DNA of 64,000 nucleotides from Octopus sinensis (taxonomy: Eukaryota), in assembly GCF_006345805.1 (NCBI RefSeq), contig NC_043012.1:8680001-8744000 (forward strand), given 5' to 3'. Made by a program: the position numbers and the translations under genes. Positions within the stretch are counted from its first letter, which is position 1; every line of letters begins with the position of its first letter. Below the pieces are notes generated by a model. The model saw only the letters and a list, made by a program, of their open reading frames with translations. It ran no database searches and was not told the DNA's origin. Positions 1 through 12,287 of the stretch are shown one piece after another.

Positions 1-438
1 GTTAAAAGCAGCAATTCAAGGGAAACGTCCAGTATTGGCCAACAGGAAGGGTGTTGTTTTCCAACATTATAATGCAAGACTGCATGTTTCTTTGGGAACC
101 AGACAAAAATTACTGCAGCTCGGCTGGGATGTGTTACCCCACCTCCATATTCACCAGATATTGCTCCTTCAGATTCCCACTTATTCAGGTCTCTGCAGAA
201 TAGTCTTAATAGTAAAAATTTCAATTCCTTGGATGACATAAAAAGATACCTTGATGAATTCTTTGCCATTAAACCACCTCAATTCTGGGAAGAGGGTATT
301 TTCAAGTTAAAGGAAAGATGGAGACGCATTGTGCAACAAAATGGTTCATATATGGTTGATTAAAAATGTGATGGCAAGTACTTATTGACCTTTTTCTTTC
401 CTTTAAAAATTGGCATGAACTTTCTGGACAACCCAATA
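1..438 (+). mobile_element. Mariner transposon 3' remnant (frameshifted transposase C-terminus and right TIR)
   Basis: RKGVVFQHYNARLH...RQKLLQLGWDVLPH, then in another frame YSPDIAPSDSHLFRSLQN...KERWRRIVQQNGSY*; matches the mariner HDNARPH / YSPDLAPSD motifs. Ends in a TIR-like actttctggacaacccaata. Confidence 0.9.
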
Positions 439-749
439 CTAAAAACTATGTCATAGGATTATATGAACCACAACAATAAACAGACAGACTGGATGTCTCC
501 ATTACTCTTACCTGTCTAGATTCAACCTATCTGGGTTGATGGATTTTTCCTCAGCTGTTCTATAGAGCACTGGTACCCCTGGTGAGATAGGGTTCTCCAT
601 GGATAGAACTCGGTCCCCTTGCAGTCAAGAACAACAAAGTAAAACAATAACAACAATCACAAAGATTAGTTTTCAGATTTAAAGTTCAGGTTTACGTTCA
701 TCTTACCAATGCAAAATGGGTAGTATACGTTTGTAAATTCATATATATC

Positions 750-950
750 ATTATCATCATCATTTAATATCCATTTGCCATGCTGGCATGGATTGGACAG
801 TCTGACAGGAGCCAGTAAGGCTGGGAGCCACACCAGGCTCCACTGTCTGCTCGACATGGTTGCTATGGCTGGATGCCCTTCCTTGTGCCAGCCACTTTAC
901 AGAGTGTATTGGGTGCTTTTTATGTGGTACCAGCACTGACAGGGTCACCA
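750..950 (-). mobile_element. RTE-tail SINE / RTE 3' end fragment
   Basis: (ATC)n followed by ttccatgctggcatggattggac...ggatgcccttcct; the same family recurs many times in the window. Confidence 0.75.
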
Positions 951-1113
951 AATAACTTGCAATACAAAGACCCTGTCAGCTGAGAGGAGGGAGTAGTAGA
1001 GAGTGAGGGGGAGTGCTTGGTGACAGTCGATTAGAGGTTTAGAGGGACAGGGATAGATGTCATAGAGACATATATCATCGTTTAACGTCCGTTTTCCATG
1101 CTATCATGGGTTG

Positions 1114-1144
<31 letters not shown>

Positions 1145-2659
1145 GCATGCATACATACATAAATCCTTTCTATAATAGGCACAAGGTCTGAAATTTGGGG
1201 GGTGGGAGCTAGTCGATTAGATTGACCTTAGAACACAACTGGTATTTAATTTATCGATCCCGAAAGAATGAAGGGCAAAACTGACCTTGGTGGAATTTGA
1301 ACTCAGAACGTACAGACAAACCAAATGCCACTAAGCATTTTGCCAGCCATGCTAATGATTCTGCCAGCATACATACATGAACAGACACACACACACACAC
1401 ACACACGTATATATTTAATGTAATCTGCATAAAAATTTCTCGTGTTTCTCCTTCTGTCATGGAGCTGGCTATTCAGAAGGACTTTTGAAATTCTGTTGTC
1501 ACTCATTCTGACAACATGGCAAAGCCATCTTAATTGGGATTGCAAAAGAAAGGATTCAATACCACCAATTTCACATTAAGAGATAAGTTGGTATTCAAAA
1601 TTCTGTCATTCAGTCTGTCTCTGCAAATTGTCCAAAGACATCAATTATGACAGATATCATGTATGTGTGTGTGTGCCTGCGTGTTTGTGTATATACACAC
1701 ACATGCATGTGGCTGGAAAGCAAACGTCTTAACCACACATCCACACATGCTTATATAAACTTCTGTCAACTTGCGTTCAGAAGCAATGATGGATGTATCA
1801 CAAATTCCATTAATTATAAAATTCATTTGACATTATTCCCATTGTTCCAGATCTTTTAAAACAAATCTCTGTATATATAAACAGCAAAATGTCTGTCTGT
1901 GTGTGTGTATCCTTTATACAAATCCACAATTTTTCAGTTAGAGGGTTCGCACTTTCTATGGTCATTCAAAACCGTCCAAGGGTGGTCGTGCACATCTTTA
2001 CATTTCCCCAGTTATCCCACAAAGCAATTAAAAAATCGATAGAAGTGACTTTTTGGTGAATTTTCTATCCAAAACCCCAATCAAAATGCCCGAAACTTGA
2101 TACGCCAATTGAATGCCAGCTAGCTGCATGTGATTGGTCGGAGATTTGGACAGTACTCGCGTGTATGTGTGCACGCGCGCAGCTGTAGATGCATGCACCA
2201 GCACTATATAAAGTAGCAGCTCCCATACCAGTATTACTGATATTGTATATCACACATTATATATATGTTGTATATCACCAAGCTAAAGATATCAAACAGA
2301 CATATCAAACCTGGTGAAAATGTTGGGTAGTTTTTTTGTAGGTTCGATGTTTTGGGAGAGAATGATGTGTTTCTGCACGTGTGCTGTGGGTATCTGGCAT
2401 CTTCATCAACAGACAATGGTTCCGGACTGCTGTGTTCTGATGATAATGTGTTGCTTTGATAGAGATGCCGCTGTGAACGGGTTCGATGATAAAGTGGCAA
2501 TTTCTCTGGAGAAAAAAGAATATATATACACACATATACATATGTAAACAATTTTTTTTGTATCATTAAATTACTAGAATGGCTCTTCCATAATGATTTT
2601 AAAAATTATAGTTCTGGAAATATAAAGAGGTTAAATAGAAAGCAATGACATTTTCTTAC

Positions 2660-2773
2660 CTGCCAGGTGATTATAAGGATAATTACTGGACATCCAATAA
2701 CGCTTCATCATGAGGTCTGGAGCTAACTGGGCAGCTTTCAGTACAATGGTCTCTCGTCCTTGGTTAGCTGCCC
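2660..2773 (-). CDS. Candidate internal exon of an unidentified minus-strand gene (G-AANQGRETIVLKAAQLAPDLMMKRYWMSSNYPYNHLA-G)
   Basis: CAG acceptor, strong CAG|GTAAGA donor, 114 nt, phase 1/1, open in only one frame, non-repetitive; no homology recognised. Confidence 0.3.
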
Positions 2774-3672
2774 CTGACTTAGAGATGTAAAAATAACATT
2801 TCAAAACTGTGGATGGGAAAAATAACAGCATCTTTAGAAAAAAAAATTAACGGGAAAAGATGGACACAGAAGTGATTGTGTGGTTCAGAAGTTCATTTCG
2901 GGTTCAATCCCACGATACAGTACCATAGGTACTGTATTTAGGTACTTGATTATAGCAGTATGGGTATATGTAAACTGTGAAGAAACCCATCAAATAATCC
3001 ATTTTTGTTCTCAAGATTAATCCATTGTTAAGTTCATAACCACTACCTCGCCTTTATTTGGGTCAGCTATCTAAATCCTAAAAAAAAAGGATCAGAGCCA
3101 CAATTATTTCTCCTCTCATTAAACAATTTAACTGTCTCATTCTTGGGCCACTGGGTCTAACTTTACCCTCCACTAAGCTCCTGAGCAAAATAATAGATAG
3201 TTGCATACACATCTGAAGAGTAACAATTGCAGGCAAACTAACAGACGGAATTGGCTGCATCTTCTTTTCCTATGTGTGTTGTTTATTACCACTTTACAGG
3301 GAATCTGGCAGAGATGACATTTAACCTATACCCACTGCAGCAGGAATATGGTGTGACAGGGTTGAATTAAAATTTTCAGAACAAATTCAAAACAAGAAAG
3401 CTCAACTTCCAAGGAGTCAAGTATGCAATCTGGTCTCTATTTCAAATGATAATTATTTTCATTCACTTATATCACTAATGCTTTTCAGAAAAGCATGAAG
3501 ACCACATCAACCCACTCTCCTTTATGCATTTGAGACCATCTGTTTCTAGAGGAGGAGTAAGTTGATCCCAATGTTTGACCAGTACTTTATTTTACTGTCT
3601 CTAGAAGTATGAAAGGCAAAGTCAGCCTTGGCGGAATTTGAACCCAGAACGTAAAGACCTGGAAGAAATACC

Positions 3673-3889
3673 TATTTCTTTATTATCCACAAGGGGCTAA
3701 ACAGAGAGAGGACAAACGGATTAAGTCGATTATATCGACCCCAGTGCATAACTGGTACTTATTTAATCGACCCTGAAAGGATGAAAGGCAAAGTCGACCT
3801 CGGCGGAATTTGAACTCAGAACGTAACAGCAGACGAAATACAGCTATGCATTTCGCCCGGCGTGCTAACGTTTCTGCCAACTGGCCGCC
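3673..3889 (-). mobile_element. tRNA-derived SINE family A, young copy nested inside an older copy
   Basis: A/B-box-like head (tggcagaaacgttag...gagttcaaattcc) and tail ...aaagaaata; 13-bp TSD tggaagaaatacc at 3660-3672 and 3890-3902. Confidence 0.85.
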
Positions 3890-4355
3890 TGGAAGAAATA
3901 CCGCTAAGCATTTTGTCTGACTCGCTAACGATTTTCCCAGCTCGTCACCTTAAAATTGGAAAATAATAATTTTCGCCGTCTGCCACACGAAATCATATGA
4001 ACGACTGACCAATTGATGGAAGTGGAAGTGGAGACAAACTGGAAAGATCGCCTTATACTGGTGAACAATATCTCAAGACTAATTTTAGCAATTCCAACTG
4101 AAGACTTTAACACCAACCAACTTACACCAACACCACATTCACACACACTCTTCGACTCTGTATTTCTGTTGATATTCAATGGGCTTGCTGCAATAAATTT
4201 TGAAAAACGATCTTTTATCTTTTACTTATCTCAGTCATTAGTCTGCGGCCATGCTGGGGCATTGTTTTGAAGAATTTTTATTGAAGGAATCAAATCCAGT
4301 CCTTTTTTTTTTTTTCATTTTTAAACTCAGTACTTATTCTAAAGTGAAATTTGGA

Positions 4356-4793
4356 CAGACGTGAAGAATGTGGACCTTTGGTTGTTTTTTTTTTTTTTTT
4401 TTTTTTTTTTATTACAGAATCCCCCATTTTCGAGAACGGAGATTCTGATTCTGCGATCCCCCCCCCCCCCAAACCGCATTTTAAAATTTTAATTCCCACC
4501 ACCACCCATATTCTTCAAATATATGTGTTTTTTAAATTAAAATTTTACAATTTTTTTTTTCAGAATCATAATCTCCGTAATTTTCTACGTACTTCGGAAA
4601 AGAAAAAATTTTGAAGAAAGTGAAAATTGAAGAATTTGGTTGGGGGTAATAATAATTTTAAAATGCCGGGGTTTTTTTGGTTTTTTTTTGCAGAATCAGA
4701 ATCTCCGTACTCGAAAATGGGGGATTCTGTAACAAAAAAAAAGAAAAGAAAAAAACAAACAAAACTAAAATGGGTGCGGTCCACATACGCCTG
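4356..4793. mobile_element. MITE with long inverted arms
   Basis: 43-bp arms 4412-4454 and 4690-4732 are reverse complements with 1 mismatch. They are flanked by poly-T/poly-A and outer IRs (cagacg..atgtggacc / ggtccacatacgcctg); a third partial copy lies at ~4561. Confidence 0.75.
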
Positions 4794-5049
4794 AAGTTTG
4801 TATGGTAGAAAGAGAGTAAGTTTCACGGGATGCTGTCGTTTTCTTCTTGCGTTTTATGCGCGGAAGCACTTGTTTACTTCTCAATTATTTAACGTACGAC
4901 AGAGTTATCGGACTTGGAATCTTTGGGAAACGATATTAAAATTTAAAAAAAACATAACAAGTCACCTCTACAATAAAAATAAAATTTCTCAACTAAAAGA
5001 TGTTCGTTCTGCAGCAAAAAGGGGATGAGTTCTGGTTGATCATCAATAC

Positions 5050-5147
5050 CTTTCTGTCAATAAGTTTTTTAAATCTATTTCTTCGTCAACTTCTTTCCAA
5101 GACCAATTAAACTCTGAACACGTTTGAATTATCTGCCCTTGTTGCAT
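5050..5147 (-). CDS. Candidate first coding exon (MQQGQIIQTCSEFNWSWKEVDEEIDLKNLLTE) of an unidentified gene
   Basis: ATG at 5147 with an in-frame upstream stop, 98 nt open to an AG|GTATTG donor, in a CpG-bearing unique region; no homology recognised. Confidence 0.25.
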
Positions 5148-5153
5148 GGTAAC
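5141..5153. promoter_or_regulatory. RFX X-box-like motif GTTGCATGGTAAC
   Basis: Close to the X-box consensus GTNRCC(N0-3)RGYAAC; overlaps the candidate ATG. Confidence 0.3.
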
Positions 5154-6059
5154 AACAACACCACAATTTGAACGTCGATCACCACAGCTTTAATAGTCTT
5201 TCCAAATAAAAATCAAATGTTTTCAATTGAAAACTGTAAATTTTAATCGATATTAAATTAAGTGGGTGGTAGATGAAGATTGTCAAAAACCACATACACC
5301 CCCGCCTCTAAAATATTCAGTCACTCAGTAAACGTAGTAGTAGTTGTAGTGGTGGTGGTGGTAGTTTAGCCCAAGGTCAGCCTCTGATTGCTCAGGCTTG
5401 CGATCTAATCAATTGCAACGATCGATTTCAGTAAATAATCATTGTATATTTTCACACCATAAGTTAGATACCAATTTGAACCAGATATAACGAAACACAC
5501 ACACATATAAGATCAAATGGTTTGAGGGAAAGTTGGCTACTATTTCTAGCAGATTGAGCGACCAAATAGAGGCTCTCTAAACATCGTTAATAAGTACAAA
5601 ATTTAAGTATAAAATCATTTAAATTTTGTTTATTGTCGCTAATGTCATTGATACTATATTCGAGAAAGTGATCTCTCGCATTATGACAGTAGCAATGGAG
5701 TTTTTCTTTAAACTGAAGGCCAAATCGAAAGAAAATAGATGCTGAAATGTTAAGATCTCTCTACGCTGGTTACAAGAATCACACAACAATATGCAAACAC
5801 ACAACGGTATGTAAATACATACAGATGACATAAATATATATAATTAGTATTGACAAGGGACTGCAAGTTTCGCCCTTCATTTGAAGTCTCAGTCAACACG
5901 AGCTACGAACTCTACAATAAATTTGACTAGGACCCCTAGTGTTGAGTATTTTTTTTTCTCTTATTCTATTCTTAAAGTTAAAAAAAAATTGAATATATTA
6001 AAAATAACCTCAACTGAAAACACACACACACACACAAACATGCGTACATGAACTCAGAC

Positions 6060-6065
6060 ATAGAC

Positions 6066-6160
<95 letters not shown>
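6060..6160. repeat. Compound (GATA)n(GA)n microsatellite
   Basis: Directly visible. Confidence 0.95.
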
Positions 6161-6694
6161 TATAGATAGATAGATAATGTTATTGTAAGGATAATTTTTT
6201 AACAAGAGAACTAGATTCACGGAAGAGTTAAATGTAGTTTTCACATTAGTACCTAAGATACAAAACCAAAGAAAATGAAGCACAGGTGATATCTGCTATA
6301 TACATACATACATATATATATATGTGTGTGTGTGTATACATATATACTCACTTCTCTCGCACCGATCATCTTCTTCTGGCGATTAAACATGGTTGTCTGT
6401 CTAATTGAGCATTTAATCCCAGAGTTTAACGATGGCTGTGAGTAATTATGTAAGAGCCTGAGTGCTGCTCTTGTAGTGGTTTAAACTGGAGAGTGAGGTG
6501 CTCGCTGGTCGACGTAGCGATGGCGATAGTGTCACGACTGGTGCATTTATTGGTGTTGGTGATAGTGGATGCGTAAATACATCAAGCGGAGATACAGAGG
6601 TGTAGTCGTGGTTGTAGGTGAGATGTACATGGCTCAGAGCTTGCCGGTATGGGAAATGAACGAGTAGTAGTAGTAGTAGCTGTTACGATAAATA

Positions 6695-7050
6695 GGCGTA
6701 GGCGTGGTAAGAATTTTGCTTTCCAACCACGCAGTTTTGAGTTCGGTCCCACTGCAAGTCACTTCGGGCAAGTGTCTTCCACTGTAGCCTCTGGCTGACC
6801 AAAGCCGTCTGAGTGGATTTGGTAGACGGAAACTGAAACAAGCCTGTCATGTGTTTATGTGTGTCGGTTTTTTTTGTTTATCCTCCACTGCCGCTTGACA
6901 ACTGTTATTGGTGTGTTTACGTTTCTGTAATCTAGCAGTTCGGCAAAAGAAACCAATAGAATAAGTATAGATAGATCGATTTGTTCAGCTAAAATTCATG
7001 GCGGTGCCCCAGCATGGCCACAATCTAATGATTAAAACAAGTAAAAGAAA
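6695..7050 (+). mobile_element. tRNA-derived SINE family B
   Basis: ggcgtagg..gtggtaag head, gagttcggtccc B-box, central gggcaagtgtcttc domain, tail gcggtgccccagcatggcc..aacaagtaaaag. Confidence 0.8.
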
Positions 7051-7437
7051 ACATTGACAGAGAGAAATGTTTTTCACCAGATGTTTTGGTATATTCTTAT
7101 TCATAAAAATTTGACTTTACTGAATAATATACGATAAGTTACTGGACTGTTTGGACCCCATGGAAATCTCTTAAGTGATCTCCCTTTAATTTATCCACAC
7201 CCACTGCAGGATATGGGTTCTGTATTATAAGAAGGAAACACTTGCCATTTATATAGTGCTCCCACGACAAACAACAATGAACCCTGCCAGGGAAAGAACA
7301 GGAAAATAAACTGATGAGAGAAGAGAGAAGTGCTTGCAAAGATAAGACTTCTCGGGTGAATAGAAAGTGAAATAGCTGGACAGATAAGAAAAGTATGTTT
7401 ATAAACTAAATCATTTCATAATTTACAATGTTATTAT

Positions 7438-7846
7438 ATCATCATCATCGTTTAGCGTCCGTTTTCCATGCTAGCATGGGTTGGACGGTTCAACTGGGGT
7501 CTGTGAAGCCAGAAGGCTTCATCAGGCCCAGTCAGATCGGGCAGTGTTTCTACGGCTGGATGCCCTTCCTAACACCAACCACTCTGAGTGTAGTGGGTGC
7601 TTTTTACGTGCCAGACAGAGCTGGCAAACGGCCATGAACGGATGGTGCTTTTACGTGTCACCAGCACGGGGGCCAGGCGAGGCTGGCAACAGACATGAAC
7701 GGATGGTGCTTTTACGTGCCACCGACACGGGGGCCAGACAGAGCTGGCAAACGGCCACGAAACAGATGGTGCTTTTACGTGTCACCGGCATGGGGGCCAG
7801 GCGAGGCTGGCAACGGACACGAACGGATGGTGCTTTTACGTGCCAG
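7438..7846 (-). mobile_element. RTE-tail element with internal ~61-bp tandem array
   Basis: (ATC)n end plus family core; about 4 tandem units ...ctggcaa..cggatggtgcttttacgtg... Confidence 0.85.
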
Positions 7847-8689
7847 AACATATAAGTATTGAGTAGAGTATGATATTGTTGCACAGGGTACATGGTTATT
7901 GTATAGGGTACTTCTGCTATTGTATTTTTTATGGTAACAAAAAACCTTATTGAGGCCCAATCTTCAAACCTTGGTTTACTTACAGTAGATTTCAGCCTCG
8001 TTTCCTTATTATCAACATTTTTTCTGCCACAGAAACAAATTTTGCTCGACATTTCATGAGCTCTGTCTTATTAAATCATCTGCTTAACCCCCACAATAAA
8101 AGCTGAGACAAAGTTAATTCCTTCGTAACTCATTTCTACAACTGAACGAACTGGAGCAACGTGAAATAAAGTGTCCTGCTCAAGAACACAACACGCAGTC
8201 CGGTCTGGGATTCGAACTCACAACCTCGCAATCGTAAGCTTGATGCTCTAACCACTGAGCCATGCACTCTCACTCTGAATCAGTAATAATCCTAATATTA
8301 AATTTTGCAAACATTGGTGCATGCATGGCTGTGAAGTAAGAAGCTTGCTTCTCAGTCACATGGTTCCAGGCCCTGCCCCACAACATGGCATTTTGAATGT
8401 CATCTACTACAGCCTCAGGCAGACCAAAGACTTGTCAGTACTAGTTGTCAAGTGGTGGTGGTGTCAAACACAGATACACACATATATACGAGGGGCTTCT
8501 TTCAGTTTCTATCTACGAAATCCACTCTCACAAGGATTTGGTCTGCCTGGAGGACATACTATCAGACAGTTCCCCTATGTACCACACAGTGAGACTGAAC
8601 CCAGCACCATGTACTGGGAAGCGAACTCTTTACCACAGTCACACTCGTGTGTGTGTGTCCTTGTCTTGATAGTGTGATAGTTGTAAATG

Positions 8690-9045
8690 ACATTACTCTT
8701 TTACTTGTTCCAGCCATCTGATTGTGGTCATGCTGGAGCACATCGACCCCAGGATTTATTCTATCAGTCTCTTTTGCCAAACCGCTAAGTTACGGGGACG
8801 TAAACACACCAGCATTGGTTGTCAAGCGATGTTGGGAAGACAATCAGACATACAAACATACATACATATATAATATATAAATACATACGACGGGCTTCTT
8901 TCAGTTTTCGTTTATCAAATCCACTCACAAGGCTTTGGTTGGCCCGAGGCTATAATAGAAGACACTTGCCCAAGGTGCCACGCAGTGGGACTGAGCCAGG
9001 AACCATGTAGTTCATAAGCAAGCTACTTACCACACAGCCACTGCT
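8690..9045 (-). mobile_element. SINE family B copy
   Basis: Reverse complement of 19561-19949. Confidence 0.85.
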
Positions 9046-10189
9046 ACGCTTATTACAGTCATACGTCAATGTCATTCCTTTCGAATATTCTGTGAAAACA
9101 TGTCTGACCATGAGGCAATATATTACTTAGGTTCATAACAATTGAAGATTGATGCTAGAAAGGACATCTAGCTATGGAAAATCAGCCTCAATAAATTTCA
9201 CTCAATCCATGCAAGCAAGACAAAGTGAACATTAACTCTTTTAAAACATTCAGATCACTCATTTGATATCACTTAGTCATGCATTACTTTGTAGCTTTTA
9301 AGAATAACATTGCAGGGTAAGTGTGAGAGGCCAGACCTGGTCAATTTGATGATAAAACAGGTAGATTATTTTTGCTGGATATGACCAGCTTAAAATGATG
9401 ATGACCCTGGCAGAATGAAAGGTAAAGTTTGACCTCAGAACAAATAAAGCCATAACCAATTACTAATAATCCAATTAGCACAAGACTAATTAATTAACCC
9501 TTTCTACTAAGGGCACAAGGCCAGAAATTTTTTTTGGGGGAGGGACTAGTCAATTACACTGACCCCAGTGTTTCACTGGTACTTATTTATCAACCCTGAA
9601 ATGATGAAAGGCAAAGTTAACTTTGGCGGAATTTGAACTCAGAACGTAAAGACAAACAAAATGCATCTTGCTCGGCATGCTAATGATTCTGCCAGCTCAT
9701 TGCCTTTAGAAGACTAATTAATTAATGAAATGACAAAATGTTATGTAAGATTTGTATTAAATACATTGTCACACAGTACAGACTTCAGAACTTGGAAACT
9801 GTTGGCTTTGAAAAAATTCCAGGCTGGAGGTGTCTGAACATGGGGAAACGTTACTTTGCTTGGAAACAGGTGAGGGTTGGTGACGAGAAGGGCATCCAGC
9901 TGTAGAAAATCTGCCTCAAAAAATTCCCATTTGATCCAATATAAGCATAGAAAAGACACTAAAATAATGATGATGATGACATATTGCTAACAGAAAAAGA
10001 ACAGAGACAGACTTTGTTACAAATAACTTTTTGAATGGCTCCAATTAGATAGTCTTGGGTTCAGGCCCTCTGTGTGGCACCTTCAGCAAGTGAGTTCTAG
10101 TATATTCCTGGGCTAACCAAAGCCTTGTGAGTGGATCTGGTGAATAAAAACTAAAGAAAGTCCATTGTACATTTTTTTTTTATTTCATT

Positions 10190-10520
10190 TTGTCTAGTTT
10201 AAGCTCACGAGCTGTGGCCATGCTGGGGCACCGCTATTTGGTGTTGCTACATGATTTTACTTCATGAATGCTTTTTAGCAATTGACATTTGGTGCATGAG
10301 AGAGTTTGATGCAGCTGCCCTCATCTACATCTCCTGCTATGAAGTTGGTTCATCTGGGACACCTGACAGGAAGAGGTTCAGCTTTATTTTGAAGATATCT
10401 GCATCCACCCCATGCAGGTCTCTCAGGTCCTTCAAGAGGATATTGAAGAGCTGTGGGCCTCTGAAGCCCAGGCTATTGCAGTATGTTGTCCTACATCTTG
10501 ATGGCAAATTTGGAGTCCAT
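10190..10520 (-). mobile_element. 3' end of a CR1/L2-group LINE
   Basis: Minus strand translates as YCNSLGFRGPQLFNILLKDLRDLHGVDADIFKIKLNLFLSGVPDEP, typical of a post-RT C-terminus, followed by a 3' tail. Confidence 0.7.
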
Positions 10521-10884
10521 GTTGAAACAGGTGAAAAGTTAAGAAAACCATTGAAGCATGGAGCACTGAATTAGAAAATGTGGTTTATTTATCCCATTGG
10601 CATTAAACTGACCATATCCAGCACCATTTTATGTCCAAAATGATCAGATTCTAAAAATAAACAATCATATCAGTGAAATCTTAAAACTGAGATAATGTAT
10701 GATTAATTCAAAACAATGTGAATAAATAAGCCTTACATTTGAGAGAGAATCTGAATGCTAAAAGGCCAAAGTAAGTTGCAGATAGGTATGGGTGTTTTTG
10801 GCTAATTGATTAATGAACAAACTAAGGTATTCAAACAGGGCACTGTCTAGAATATGAGTGTAAGTATTCACATGGATGGTTGGT

Positions 10885-11230
10885 TCCCATCATCATCGTT
10901 TAACGTCTGTTTTCCATGCTAGCATGGGTTGGATGGTTCGACTGGGGTTTGGGAAGCCAGGAGGCTGCACCAGGCTCCAGTCTGATCTGGCAGTGTTTCT
11001 ACAGCTGGATGCCCTTCCTAACGCCAACCACTCCGTGAGTATAGTGGGTGTTTTTTACGTGCCACCGGCACAGGTGCCAGGGGAGGCTTGCAACGGCCAC
11101 GATCGGTTGGTGGATTTTACGTGCCACTGACACGGAAGCCAGTCAAGGTGGTGCTGGCATCGGCCACATACGGATGGTGCTTTTTACGTGCCACCGGCAC
11201 AGATACCAGGGTAGGCTGGCAACGGCTACG
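10885..11230 (-). mobile_element. RTE-tail element with internal tandem units
   Basis: Family core plus repeated ...ttttacgtgccacc... units. Confidence 0.8.
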
Positions 11231-12059
11231 TAGGCTCTCTTCTAATTAATTAAAAATCAAAATGTACAGGGCACAAAAAAAAAAACCTTTTATATCTTAT
11301 ACAGCCATTAGTGTGGCACTAGTAAAGTTAAGCAGGTCACAAATATAAAAAGAAAAAAAAACCCAAACAGTAATGTGTAATCGTCATCATCACCATTTAA
11401 CATCTGATTTCCATGTTGGCATGGGTTGGACAGTTTAATAGGAGCTGGCAAGCTGGAGAGCTACACCAGGCTTCAACTGTCTGTATTGGCATAGTTCCTA
11501 TGACTGGATGCCCTTCCTAACACCAACTACTTTACAGAGTGTACTGGGTGCTTTCTACGAGGCACTAGCACCCACAAGTTCACAAGACAAGAACCTCTCA
11601 GCTTAGAGGAAGAGTGTAACCCTGAAACAAAATCAGAACCCACTAGTTGAAGCCTAATGTGACCACCTTGAAGTTTGATATATTTACAAAGAAAAAAATA
11701 CAAATACAAAAATATGTAAATCAAATAGTTTTTATTAGTTATTGTCACAGATTGAAAGCTTAGATGATATACTGAGAATTGGTCAAACTACTGAAATTTA
11801 GAAAACTGAGGATCCAAACACCATACCTCAGTCTGGTACAAAACCACACAGGACAGAGAAACATAATGATGTTTATCACATGGGCTACTGAGTGATGATA
11901 ATAATACGAACATGTTACCTTTTTCCATTGTCCAATTAGTTCCTGTGTGAATACAGATTCTGGAGCTGGGCACAACAGAAATGGATCTGATCAACTTGGT
12001 TAGAACACAATAATTGCCATTCCTCTACACCTACCATCAATGGTATCATGTAACTTTGC

Positions 12060-12287
12060 GGCGAGCTGGCAGAATCGATAGCACGTCGGGCGAAATGCTT
12101 AGCGGTATTTCAGCTGCCGTTACGTTGTGAGTTCAAATTCCGCCGAGGTCGACTTTGCCTTTCATCCTTTCGAGGTCGATAAATTAAGTACCAGTTAAGC
12201 ACTGGGGTCGATATAATCGACTTAATACCTATGTCTGTCCATGTTTGTCCCCTCTGTGTTTAGCCCCTTGTGGGTAATAAAGAAATA
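12060..12287 (+). mobile_element. SINE family A, full length with TSD
   Basis: 18-bp flanking direct repeat ggta(t/c)catgtaactttgc at 12042-12059 and 12288-12305. Confidence 0.9.

Noticed and set aside
7428-7855. Recurrent ORFs such as HHHRL.SVFHASMGW / LDALPNANH (also at 10876, 14136, 41301, 56625, 63360)
   Set aside because: They are readings of the same RTE-tail repeat, not a gene family.
12060-12130. tRNA-like A and B boxes
   Set aside because: SINE heads; no complete cloverleaf, so no tRNA gene is called.
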